NCBI GenBank assembly: GCA_042852035.1
Contig: BAAFHK010000003.1
Location: 30,001 to 62,000 of the forward strand
DNA length: 32,000 nt
Direction of reading: 5' to 3'
Source: Candidatus Saccharimonadota bacterium
GTDB taxonomy: Bacteria > Patescibacteriota > Gracilibacteria > BD1-5 > UBA2023
Part shown: piece after piece, positions 10,843 through 21,532 of the stretch
Numbering within the stretch: the stretch's first letter is position 1
Layout: every line of letters starts with the position of its first letter
Made by a program: the position numbers and the translations under genes
Notes under the pieces: generated by a model
Database searches by the model: none
What the model was told of the DNA's origin: nothing
The model's input: only the letters and a program-made list of their open reading frames with translations

Positions 10843-13800
10843 TCCCAAAGGCAACACTTCATTGGTAATCTCATGCGAGAGAACTTGCTGTTGGATTGGA
10901 TCAAAATTTTACTCGATAGGTAAATGTATTTTTAAAGCCATTTGTATTTATATTTTTTGCTACCGCGATAATTGTTTGAGGTGTAGCATGAGGGGTTAGT
11001 ATTGTAGAGTATCAAGCTCCTATGTCTTTATCATATCCCCAACCATTTGTTCCGTTGTAGACAGTAACCGTCTGCCCACTATAAGTCAAATCCGAGCTAC
11101 GTTGAAGGGTAAGATTAAATCCTGCTCAGATTGTTTTAACTGTGAGTAAAAGATCTCACGATCAAAAAGTATTCATACCCGTTGGAGTAGTTCAAATATC
11201 ATAAATTGGAGTTGAAAGAATCCACTCTATTTCATCAACATAATAGGTATAGCTTTGCGTCACTGTATTGCCAAGAAGATCAGAAATACTTATATCAAAT
11301 CGATATTTTCCATATGGAAGATTTGTAATATCAAATCATCCTGATGTTGCGTTAGGAATTCAGGAATAAAGCATATACGATCATGCGATATTTGTAGCGC
11401 TCCACGTTGAACCTGTCGCATTCCAAGGATAAATACGTCCCGAGAAAGATGCTGGATTTATCCCTACTCATGTATCAGCATAATTTAGGGTGAGTGAAAA
11501 GGTTCATTTTGGAATCAAGGTTCCTGAAGAGATATTTATTGACGTAATAACTGGAGGAGTACTATCAACTGGAACAACTTTTCAAAAAGTTACATATTGG
11601 AGATCAGAAATATTTACGTTAAAGTCCCAAGTAGCCTGGGCTGAATTATAGGTTCAAGTATATGCACTGGCTCAGACGGCAAATAATCAATCCATATCGG
11701 TAAAAAGCATGAGCGTTCCTGTAAATCAAACTGGAACACTGGAATTTGGGTAAGAAAGAGTAACATTCCCTATGTCCCCATTTTTTTCTTGAAAGAGCCA
11801 CTCTCGAGCTATTCTCTGATATCCACTCCCTATATCATTCCCTGTAAATGCGAGAGTATTCCCGAGATCATTTGCCCAAAGAAGCGCATTTCTATTCGTA
11901 CCAATTGCTGACTTTGAAACGATAATATCTCCTAGACTAGAGACAGAACGGGAACGATTCTGATTTAACGTAGTAGCATCATCACGCGCAATACCAGCAA
12001 TATTATTCTTATAGACTCAAGCGGTCGTGGCATTCCATATAATACTTCCATTTGATCCAAGATAGTTGGTTGGTAGGGTTTGATCGAGGGTAATACCGTA
12101 CTTAATAGCAAGATAAGACTCAACCTGAAGTCTCTGAGCATCGTTGAGTCCATTCGGATAAACTATAACTTCTGCCAGATTTGTGAGGGTTGCATTGGTT
12201 CCCACCACTCTTCCGATACCAATATTAGCAGCTGTGAAATTCCCTGCCGTATTACTTGAAAGAACCTGTTTCCCATTGGTATATCCACTCGATGTTCCGG
12301 TAGTTTGTCGAAGTGTTGTAGTAATAGCAGGAACATTCGCGCTTCGTGCATTGGCTCAATTATAAAATACAAGTCATGCATACCTCTGCCAAACATCCGT
12401 CGTCGGAGAAGTTGACCGTTGTAAGGCATTTGCTACTGCTGTTTGTGGTCATATTGGAAAAGTTCCTCACGTGCTAATTCTCGTTACGGTAAAGATTGAA
12501 GCTGAACTCGCAGTAATTCCTAATGTATTATTCGTATTGAGTGAAGCGTTATTAAAGTAGAGTGTTGGATTATAGTTTATTGAATTTGCAGGATCATAAA
12601 CTACCGTTCACACAGCCGATGTTCCACTTGCAGAGGCACCAAGTCATCCACGATTCGCCCAACTCGTAACAGTACAACCCGTTGTTGTACAGTTCGTTCC
12701 ATTATTTCCCATTAGCCAGAGATTCTCTCATGAGATTCAACCAGGATCATTTGCAGGACCACCTCAAATGACCGCATTTGCTGAAAATGCTCGATTATTC
12801 GTAAGATTTGAATCACCCCCTCAGGAGATATCAACATAAAAAGTTACACTGGTACCACTAGCCGCTAAAGTCGGTGTTATTGGTATTCGTAATGATTCGT
12901 CTCCAGCAAGGGATCAGGTAACACTTGTTGTCTTAGTACACGTAACTCCAGTTCCAATTTGCGCACCACAAGACCAACCATTATCTGTAAAGGATGATGT
13001 TGGTCATGTAATATTTGTTGGGACTGTAAAAATTACAGTATGAACCCCGCTCGAGGAAAGATTTCCAGCATTTGAGATGGTTATTGGGAGTTGGGAAAGT
13101 AAATTTGTTGTCAATGGTCACTCTGGAAGTCCAATACCAGGGATAAGATCAGCAACCGGGGTAGATACATATGGAAGGAGTCTCCATTCTACGGTCCCAC
13201 TATATGTTTTTGGAGTATTCCCCAGATTCCAATCAACTCAAAATCCGAGATCTCATGCCGTATTTTGAACTGTATTTGCAAAATCAACCCCATTGGTAAT
13301 ACGACTTGCAACTGTACCGTATGGTCAGACCTCGTGAGCCGTCCAAGCAGCTCCACTCAAGTAGCGAAAAGCTGAGAGGACATTTGCGACATTATCATAG
13401 ACTCAGACTGTAAGACCACCTGTAGAAGAAATATATCATACATCATTAGCATCAGCTCATGCAACATAACTATCGTTTCCAAAATAGAAGCGAACATTCG
13501 CAGTATTCCCCGTTGGAATTATTACTTTATAGGACCACTGAAGATATTTATTTGGTGCTGTATAGAACCAATCAATTATAAGCGTATATGTAAGCCCTCC
13601 TACGACTCGAGTCATCGTAGAGGTGGCTCTATAGGTATTACCACTTGTTGACCCGGTAGTTGATTGTGTAGACCATGCCGTAGCTGTTACCCCATCTACA
13701 CCATTCCCATATGTGGTTGCACCGATTCTGAGCGCAGCCCAAAGCCCTGGTAACCCACATCAATTTGCAGCTGGATTTCCACTATAAATCTGAGACAGAT

Positions 13801-14893
13801 TATTATAGTATATCTGTGCTTGTGCACAATCACCTACTATGATACGAATATCGTTTGATCCTACAGTTCCTCATGATGGATTCAGAGTAAATGAAGATGC
13901 TCAACAAGTATAAAATGTTGCTCTACCATTTTTTACCGTTACTGTTGAACCAGGTATACTCGCCGTACCGTTCTCGTTACATAATGTTGAAGGATTCACC
14001 GAGAGTCATCCAGTATGGAAATCACTATCTCCGGCATGCATTGTAAGAATATCAAGGATATTTCCATCACTCATCATAGGAACATCAAGAACTACTTTTA
14101 CTGGTTTTGAGAAAAGAAGATGTACTCATGAGAAACCAAACTCAAATCATTCAACTTGCGCCTCTGAGAATCACTTTCGTTTTACTCCACGATTCTTCAT
14201 CTTTGCTTCATATTTGGTTTTTGCCTTACGCAACTTTGTTGAGTGTAGCTCAGAAAATCCTATCTGCGCCATTTCTATAATTTCTCAGCTTGAAGTACGA
14301 ATCACCGTTCCCGACTCCATCTCATAACTCAATCCTCATCGGAGATTGGAAAGTTTTTGTGATTTTCTTGATTTTTTATCAAGCATAAACTTATCTGACT
14401 TATATACTGGGAGTGGTATATCAACTATATCACTGAATGATGGATTTGTTCCACTTCATTCGACTAGAGTATTTTTTCAAAGAAAAAAATCAAATGGCAT
14501 AATACCTCAAGATTGAAAGATGGAAGGAAGCTGATAAAATACTACATCTGAATCTGGTGATATTTGGGGAGTTTTTTCAAAAGCAACCTTTTGTGCCAGT
14601 AGTGTGCGCACTTCATCTACACCAGTATAGGTAAATTCTATATGACGTTTCCCTGCTTCATCTTTCGGATTATTCGAATCAGAATATTGTCCATCCATCG
14701 ATTCGAGTACCAATCTACGATCTTCGGGATTATCAAGACTTAAAGGCGCTCATTCTGGCACAGAAATATCTCCGAAAGGAAGTGCGTCTAAAGAATATTG
14801 CGCTTCATCTATAGCATAAACTGAGAAAAGCCCTTCTTGGAAAAAAAGGACAAGCAAGAGAATACGAGAGATGCAAATCTGAAACCTATGCAT
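10826..14893 (-). CDS. Giant secreted surface protein, 1355 aa, with DUF11-like repeat, LamG-like domain and C-terminal Ig-like modules
   Basis: I scanned a single minus frame (low codon positions 2 mod 3) line by line from ATG (14893-14891) to TAG (10828-10826) and found no TAA or TAG. About 51 in-frame TGA are present. It begins with a signal peptide, [31 protein letters not shown]11-like segment reads [14 protein letters not shown]...[20 protein letters not shown]...GWSCG...VTCTKT...[14 protein letters not shown]. The LamG-type hallmark is [35 protein letters not shown]. Confidence 0.8.
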
Positions 14894-15010
14894 AGAGCTA
14901 TTTTAGCACATTAGCAAAGGTTTTTTTGTTTCTATGAAGAAAATTCTCTAGATTTTGACTTGACTCCTTTTTGTCATCTTTCCCTATGATAAAAAGCTGT
15001 GGCGCTTATT

Positions 15011-15042
15011 CTTTAAAAGAAAAACTCAGATGATTTCTGAGT
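15011..15042 (-). terminator. Rho-independent terminator after the cNMP-binding gene
   Basis: On the minus strand: AACTCAGA, loop AATCA, TCTGAGTT, then TTTCTTTT. In plus-strand coordinates the stem is 15022-15029/15035-15042. It lies 10 nt after the stop at 15052. Confidence 0.55.
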
Positions 15043-15051
15043 TAAAAATAG

Positions 15052-15879
15052 CTATACTCATTCGCTTTTTTCTTTCCATGAAGCTTCAATAATGCGAATG
15101 CAGTTTGGAATAGTATCAAGGGTAATTCTCGTAATATATCATGGGATCCGTTCATTTTCGGTTACATAGACCAAATAACCATAACATTCACCTCGTGAGA
15201 CAAGTGGAAAAACATGAGAAATTCCTCTATCAACAAGATTTTCATCAACAAATGGTTCCTTTTGGTGTTTATTGAATGATATTCTAGCGTTTACTGGAGC
15301 ATGGCCGTGAGATTCTTGGTATCGTATCGAATAAATATCTTTGAGAACCTCATGTCTCTCTATCCAGAGAACATCAACGAGAGAAAAGGTATTCTTCAGG
15401 GTGGTAAGTAATGCTGGGATAGTTCCAAAAGTATTATTTTCAAGTGCATCAACCAAAGTATATGCGATGGTTCTTTCTGTATTTGCTTCATTAATCCGTT
15501 CATTTGTAATAGCAAGACAGGCTCTCATGAGAAGTTCATGGAATCTCTCATTTCCCTTCGAGATTCTTCCTATGGTTTTTTCAGAAAGTACATACACTTC
15601 TCATCAAGATTCTGACTCGCAAACAATTTTTACTGGTTTTTTAAAGGCTCAAAAAAAGACTCATTCTCAAATCATACTCGGTGGTTCAATTTCTCAGACT
15701 TCATGAACCCCTCATAAGAGACTCAGAGATGAAACGGTATACCATCAACTCGCAAAGATATAAATATTATGATCAGAAATATGATCAATCACTGCTTCTC
15801 ATTGGGTATATACTCTTTTTTCAACCGAGTAATCTCGACAAATATTGAGAAGTGATGTAAAAAGTGAATTTTTTAACAT
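15052..15879 (-). CDS. Cyclic-nucleotide-binding-domain protein with C-terminal GAF-like region, 275 aa
   Basis: The frame runs from ATG (15879-15877) to TAG (15054-15052), extending the track ORF 15139..15597 at both ends through TGA codons. The N-terminal half fits the CAP_ED pattern (RVYTQGEAVIDHISDHNIYIFASGWYTV...IGEGVFFGAFKKPVKIVCESESGGEVYVL). The C-terminal half is GAF-like (SLVDVLWIERHE...SHVFPLVSRGECYGYLVYV). Confidence 0.7.
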
Positions 15880-15911
15880 ATTGTGGAATCATTATTGGAA
15901 TACATTCTCTA

Positions 15912-16967
15912 CTATCCTTGCTCAGTAAGCATAGCAATACGTGTTTTATCATGAATATATTTTTCTATTATTGATCGAGTTACATGCTTACGTTTATAGA
16001 GATCTATAATTGCATCATCCATAAGAATCATTCCTTCTTGTTTTGAAATTTCAAGAATCGAATACATATGGTGTGTCTCTCAACGGATAATGAGGTTTCG
16101 AATTGAGTCATTATTGAGCATTATTTCGCGTGCCACAACCCTTCATGTTCCATCGGCTTTTGGAAGAAGAACCTGAGATACAACGGCTCGAAGAGCAAGA
16201 GAAAATTGCATTCGTATTTGTGCTTGTTCGTCAGGAGGAAATGATTGAATAATTCGATCTACTGTTTGTATAGTGTCATTGGTATGGAGCGTGGAGATTA
16301 CGAGGTGACCTGTTTCTGCAAGCGTTACAGCAGCACGTATTGTCTCAAGGTCACGCATTTCTCATACGATGATAACATCTGGATCTTCACGAAGAATAGA
16401 TCTAATTCCATCCGGAAAGCTATCAAATTGCTTTCCAAGCTCTCTTTGATGAATTAGGGATTTCTTATTTTCATAGACAAACTCAACAGGATCCTCAAGA
16501 GTAATGATATGTCGCTGACTATTGCGATTAATATGTTCAATCATAGCAGCCATCGTTGTTGATTTCCCTGATCCAGTTGGACCAGTAATAAGAACAATTC
16601 ATTTTTCTGCGATAGTGAGATCAAGAAGATATTTCTGAAGTCAAATTGCTTCTGGTTCTGGAATAATCGAAGGGATCGTACGCATCGAGATTGTAAGTCC
16701 ATGAATGACTCGGGAAATATTCACACGGAATCGAGTTCCTGATTGTTCATAAGAAACATCAATAGTGGTTTCTGTAAGTGGTCGAGAAAGTAGAAATTCA
16801 ATTATCTGAGTAAGATCTTCTTCACTTACCTTTCCAAACATTTGGACAGGAGAAATATCTCATATATGATTACGTATATATGGATATTCATTCGAGGAAA
16901 AATGAAGGTCAGAAATTCTATTTTTGATAATGTCTTCTATGAGAGACCGAAAACGCTCGATTTGCAT
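15912..16967 (-). CDS. pilT: Type IV pilus retraction ATPase PilT family, 351 aa
   Basis: Three track ORFs in the same frame (16641..16841, 16362..16553, 16143..16358) are joined through TGA codons. Motifs: ISDLHFSS, Walker A G-IVLITGPTGSGKSTT (leading Gly = TGA, plus-strand 16599-16601), EDPVEF, Walker B DPDVIIVGEMRD, and TGHLVISTLHTND. The start is ATG 16967-16965 and the stop is TAG 15914-15912. Confidence 0.92.
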
Positions 16968-17126
16968 AAATGAAAGGGAATGAAAATAGGATACCTTAAA
17001 ACTATCATATATTCTCTCTCTCTGCAATTATTCGTAGAAAAATCTTTCAAAAAAGTCTCGACAAATATAAAATATACTCAAAATGAATATTTTGACTTTC
17101 AAAGCAACGGAATTACACTCTAGCTT

Positions 17127-17648
17127 ATGAAAATCATCGTTTGACTCGGAAATCCAGGAAAAAAATATGAAAATACCCGACATAATGTCGGATTCCTTGC
17201 TATTGACTCTCTTCAAAAATCGTTTGGATGAAACGATTGGCAAGATTCAAGATTTCACGCTATTACTTCAGAGACGGGAACAGTAATATTCATAAAACCA
17301 CTCACTTTCATGAATCTTTCGTGAGACGCGGTTTCAAGTATCGTGAATTATTATAAGCTCGATCCGAAAAATGATATTCTCATTATTTCAGATGATCTGG
17401 ATATGGAGTTTGCAAAGGTACGTTTTCGAGAGAAAGGCAGCCATGGTGGACAAAACGGCCTCAAGGATATCATTACGAAACTTGGAACCGATGAATTCTC
17501 TCGGATAAAAATCGGTATATGAAGGCATGAGAAATATGAGGTAGTTGATTGGGTACTGTCAAAATTTCAAAAAAACGAAGAAAAAATACTTCACGAAGAA
17601 GTATTTCCAAAAGTAGAAGATCTTATAAAAAAATGGCTAAGCAGCTAA
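17127..17648 (+). CDS. pth: Peptidyl-tRNA hydrolase, 173 aa
   Basis: Translation: [23 protein letters not shown]...KPLTFMNLSGDAV...ISDDLDMEFAKVRFREKGSHGGQNGLKDI...RIKIGIGRH. The Gly of the invariant VGLGNPG motif is TGA 17142-17144. The stop is TAA 17646-17648. Confidence 0.93.
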
Positions 17649-18383
17649 TAGTTGGAGGCGGTCAACTTCATTGACCACAGGAACTTGATGTCGAAGTTTT
17701 GGATAAAGGTTGATAACTTCAGCTACATGGGCTACTTGTGCCTGCTTAAGATAGAGAACGAGATTAAGATCGGATGCATGCATACTTTCAAGTATTCCAG
17801 CTGTATCAGCATGATTCAGAGTTCCAGATGCTCCAGTCCCTATGAGAACAATTCGCACTATTGGATTTATTCTCGCGCGAATCTCCTCCATGGCTTTCCA
17901 TGCTTGATCAATTTTACTATTTACTCTTATAGGATCATATCAAGGTGAATCTGTTATCTCATTTAAATCAATCAATCCTGTTCTTTTAATTTCATGTATT
18001 TGTTGGGGTGTCGGGCGAATAATTCAATCAACAGAGAGATTATTCAGTCACTCAGCAATCGAAAGTGGAGCAAATTGCCAGTCATGATCATTATCCCCAG
18101 GGCGAGTACCTGGTTTGACTTCATTTGTTACAATAGCATAGAAACGTGCACTTACACCTTCTGAAAGTTGTCCTGCACGATAGTGAAGATGTCCAAGTTG
18201 AGCTGCACCAAGATTGAGAAAATCATTATGAAATCTTTTTCATATCTGATTTGCCACTGATGGTGATGGGCGATTTATTCCAAGAGTATTGGTTGCACAG
18301 ACGATATTTACTCCATTCGATTCACCTGGGTTAAATCGATCGGTATTAAACACATCTTCCTGACGAATAGCATTGATAGGCAT
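17637..18383 (-). CDS. Hypothetical soluble protein, 248 aa, family not recognised
   Basis: The frame was checked codon by codon from ATG (18383-18381) to TAG (17639-17637), with 5 in-frame TGA. The sequence is non-repetitive and globular-looking (…LGAAQLGHLHYRAGQL…RIVLIGTGASGTL…). Its 3' end overlaps the pth 3' end by 12 nt. Confidence 0.6.
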
Positions 18384-18460
18384 ACGAAAAAAATAAGATT
18401 CTGCAATTGTATCTTTCGGAGAATTATTGTCAAATAAATAGGTATTGATATAGTGCCTTC

Positions 18461-19207
18461 ATGCGTCTTGATATTCGCCTCTCTGAGACAAAAGACATAA
18501 CGAGAAATAAGGCTCAAAGTTTCATCAAAGATGGACTCGTAACCGTTGATGGAAAAATTATTATAAAACCTTCTTTCGAAGTGAATGGAAACGAGATTAT
18601 CGAACTCAAAGAGGAGAAAAAGGTTCACTGGGTATCACGAAGCGCGGGAAAACTCGATGGATTTCTTGAACAACTACAAATCCAGAATATTGAACTTCAA
18701 GTAGCTGGAGCGAGGTGTCTCGATGTGGGATCATCTACTGGAGGATTTACTCAAGTACTGATACAAAGGTGAGCGAATCATGTTGATGCGGTCGATGTTG
18801 GAACGGATCAACTTCATTCAACCATAAAAACACATCCAAGAGTACAAAGTCATGAACAGATAGATATTCGGAATTTTAAGAGTGAGAGCATCTATGATAT
18901 CATCGTCTGCGATGCTTCATTTATTTCTCTGGAAGATATCCTTGCAAGTATCTTGAAATTCGCCAACGAGGATACAAACAGTATCTTGCTGTGGAAGCCA
19001 CAATTTGAAGTCGGAAGAAAAAATCTGCGAAAAACCTGAGTCCCAAAAGACGAGGAAACCGTTAAGAAAAAACAACTCGAATGGGAATTTTTTCTCTGTG
19101 AAAATAATTGCAAAATTTTGCAAAAAGAAAAATCAACCGTACTTTGAGAAGCCTGAAATGTAGAATGGCTCTACCTTATAAAGAAAATGGAAAAAATGGA
19201 AAAATAA
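18461..19207 (+). CDS. tlyA: TlyA-family rRNA 2'-O-methyltransferase with S4 domain, 248 aa
   Basis: Translation: MRLDIRLSETKDITRNKAQSFIKDGLVTVDGK (S4 domain), [47 protein letters not shown], and IVCDASFISL. The stop is TAA 19205-19207. Confidence 0.85.
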
Positions 19208-19209
19208 GG

Positions 19210-19237
19210 TTGACAATTTTTTATTGAGAAATATATT
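19210..19237 (+). promoter_or_regulatory. Strong sigma70-type promoter driving the GC-rich unit
   Basis: TTGACA (19210-19215), a 16-nt spacer, then TATATT (19232-19237). Confidence 0.55.
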
Positions 19238-19265
19238 CCTCACCCCTGAAACAAAGACACATAAC

Positions 19266-19463
19266 ATGGAACACATCATTCCGATTCTTTTTGGCGTTGT
19301 TGGCCTCGCGGCTCTGGCAATCCCATTGATCAAGGCTCGACGCTCGCAGAGTACCCAAGGGCACACCTGCGAACTGCAGAGTGAATTCGCGTACGGTGTC
19401 GGAGCTGCCGCAGGAAATGCTGGCTGGCATCCATCACCCGCAGAACCAAGTGAATCAGCCTAA
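19266..19463 (+). other. GC-rich transcription unit: either a 65-aa membrane peptide ORF or an unidentified structured ncRNA
   Basis: The ORF ATG 19266..TAA 19461-19463 encodes MEHIIPILFGVVGLAALAIPLIKARRSQ.... The surrounding 19281-19490 is about 60% GC by my hand count (128/210), in an otherwise AT-rich window. It contains nested hairpins and sits between a consensus-like promoter and an intrinsic terminator. Confidence 0.4.
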
Positions 19464-19483
19464 AAGGCGACACACTTGGCTAG

Positions 19484-19505
19484 GAGGCGCCCTCGGGCGC
19501 CTTTT
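19484..19505 (+). terminator. GC-rich rho-independent terminator
   Basis: GAGGCGCC, loop CTCG, GGCGCCTT, followed by TTTT (stem 19486-19491/19496-19501). Confidence 0.65.
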
Positions 19506-19575
19506 CAATTTATAATTATAGCCTTGCCTTTCTTCTTCCTTTGATTATCCTCCTTGTATTATAATATTCATAATT

Positions 19576-20346
19576 ATGTGACGTTGACCCGTTGTAGCTG
19601 CTGCTAAAGAAAAAAATGCAAAAGCGAAAGCAAAAATTAATACTCTCCATGCGAAACTCATTGCTATCGCTGCTGAAAAATGATCAGATATAAGCCTCAA
19701 TACTTCACTTGCTGATGCTATTCATAGCGCAAAAAAGGATGGGGTCACTGCCGATGTTATCGATAGAGCCATCAAACGATGAGCCTGACTTGATAAAGAT
19801 TCTCAAAAAGTTGAAGAGATTATCTATGAATGATACGCTCCTGGTTGAGTTGCCATCATTGTAAGAGCGCTCTCTGATAATCGAAATCGTACAGCACCAA
19901 ATATGCGACACATATTTTCTGCATATGGAGGAAGCCTTGGTGAAACTGGTACCGTCTCAAATTTTGCCTTTGACTACCGAGGAGTTATAAGTCTCACAGA
20001 GTACTCAAACAGTGATGAACTTGAGATGGCTATCATGGAGACGAGCGCCGAAGATTATACTCTAGAATGATCTGAAGCACGAATCACAACCGATCGCACA
20101 AAGCTCAGTGAAGTGAGAAAATCACTCGAAGAATCTGGGTATAAAATCGAAAAATCAAGCTTTGAATATCTCCCAAAAAATTATATTGAAGTAACAGATT
20201 TTGATATCGCACTGAAGATTTACAAAATGCTCGAGGAATTTCATGAAGATGAAGATGTTGAAGTAGTGTGGAATAATGCTGATATTTCAGACGCGCTTTG
20301 GAAAGAAGTCGAGATGAAGGTAGAATCGAGTAAATTTAGAACTTAA
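19576..20346 (+). CDS. yebC: YebC/PmpR-family transcriptional/translational regulator, 256 aa
   Basis: Translation: ...LADAIHSAKKDGVTADVIDRAIKRGAGLDKD...[53 protein letters not shown]..., typical of YebC. It joins the track ORF 20113..20346 in the same frame. The stop is TAA 20344-20346. Confidence 0.9.
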
Positions 20347-20348
20347 TC

Positions 20349-20915
20349 ATGACTCAGTATTTTCTTCATGGTTGATGTGTGGGGGCCTTATCACAAGATA
20401 ATAGAGATTTCTTCTCAACCCTTGTAATGGCTCCAAGAAAAGAATCTATTCGAATTCTCATAATTCCCTTTGCAAGAGAAAGATCTCGATGGGATAAAAA
20501 ATTCGAAGAAATTAAAGAAAGATTTTTTGAAGTTGCAGAATGAAAAGAAATTAAGATTATTCTAAGTGAGTCAGACATCCAAAAATGCCAAGAGGAAATA
20601 CGCAAAGCTGATATTATATTTATCTGGTGAGGAGAAACCGAAGTCTTGCAAGCTCAACTCGAAAAAATTGAAGATTTCAAAGAAATAATCTCATGAAAGG
20701 TTGTTGCGGGGTCATCTGCAGGAGCGCTTATCTTCTCAAAATACTACTATGAAAATGACACTCACAGCTATCATAATGGCTTTTGATTTCTTGACTGTGG
20801 AATAATATGTCATTGGAGAAATCAGGAAAAAGAACTTGCTCATATAAAAAAATATTGATGAGTAAATAAAGTTCTCTGTATAGCAGAATGAAAATATCTC
20901 ATTCTGGAATGTTAA
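20349..20915 (+). CDS. Peptidase S51 (dipeptidase E / cyanophycinase-like) family protein, 188 aa
   Basis: It starts 3 nt after the yebC stop. The frame was checked line by line to TAA 20913-20915. Motifs: ADIIFIW-G-GETEVL and the nucleophile motif VVAGSSAGALIFS. Confidence 0.72.
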
Positions 20916-20970
20916 ATTTGCTTGCAATTGATTCCAAAGATCCTATAATGGAACCAACTAATTCTTCTTT

Positions 20971-21435
20971 ATGGCAGATGATGTAACGAGTGGTCAAAAT
21001 CCACCAGTCCCTCCCGTGGATCAAGCTGGACCACCTATTCCTCCTCCCCCTCCTCCTCGACCGAAAACTTCAAACGATGAGATTTTTGAAAGGTTTCTCG
21101 TGCATCCTCTCACAAGTTTCGATGAGAAATCATTTATGGACCTTCTTGAGCACTCTCTTTCTCTCTCCACATTTGAGAAAAAAAGAGTGATTGACGCTAT
21201 CCCAACACTTTCTCAATTTCAGATAGATGAACTCATCAAAGTATTTGAAGACGAACGTGTTGAGTTTCGCAAACTTATGCCTACTGAAGGTGAGATAATT
21301 AAATGACTTGTAATAAAGGCACAAAATGAATGGGAACAACTTAAAGACATTTATAAAGAAGAGGTAAAAGCCCAATCTGCTGCTGATGTGGATGCAAAAA
21401 AAGCGGAAGACCTAAAAAAGAGTCTTGGTCTATAA
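20971..21435 (+). CDS. Hypothetical protein with Pro-rich N-terminus, 154 aa
   Basis: The track ORF 20971..21306 continues through TGA 21304 to TAA 21433-21435. The N-terminus is NPPVPPVDQAGPPIPPPPPPRPK, followed by a helical charged domain. Confidence 0.6.
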
Positions 21436-21452
21436 AGTCACTTCTTCTAGTG

Positions 21453-21482
21453 AAATTCCTACAAAGTAGGAATTTTTATTTT
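21453..21482 (+). terminator. Rho-independent terminator
   Basis: AAATTCCTAC (21453-21462), loop AAA, GTAGGAATTT (21466-21475), running into TTTTTATTTT. Confidence 0.7.
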
Positions 21483-21532
21483 GAATGTGATATTTCTTTC
21501 TTCTTTTTTAACTTTTACCTATAATTAGGAAC

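Noticed and set aside
12163-12429. Standard-code ORFs in alternative frames or on the opposite strand of real genes. Examples: 12163..12429(-), 12183..12365(+), 13077..13268(+), 11965..12153(-), 15341..15706(+), 17652..17948(+), 23350..23746(-), 25407..26075(-), 26294..26494(+), 26932..27383(+) and 31567..31895(+).
   Set aside because: Each lies inside a longer table-25 reading frame with clear homology or motifs. Their own translations are low-complexity, with no recognisable motifs.
19240-19510. Assigning the GC-rich unit to SRP RNA, tmRNA, RNase P RNA, 6S RNA or a tRNA.
   Set aside because: I could not find the SRP helix-8 GGAAGCAGC-type core, a tmRNA tag ORF or T-arm/ACCA end, the RNase P GAAAGUCC-type P4 strand, or a tRNA cloverleaf. 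6S RNA cannot be judged from sequence alone. I kept it as an unidentified candidate rather than naming it.
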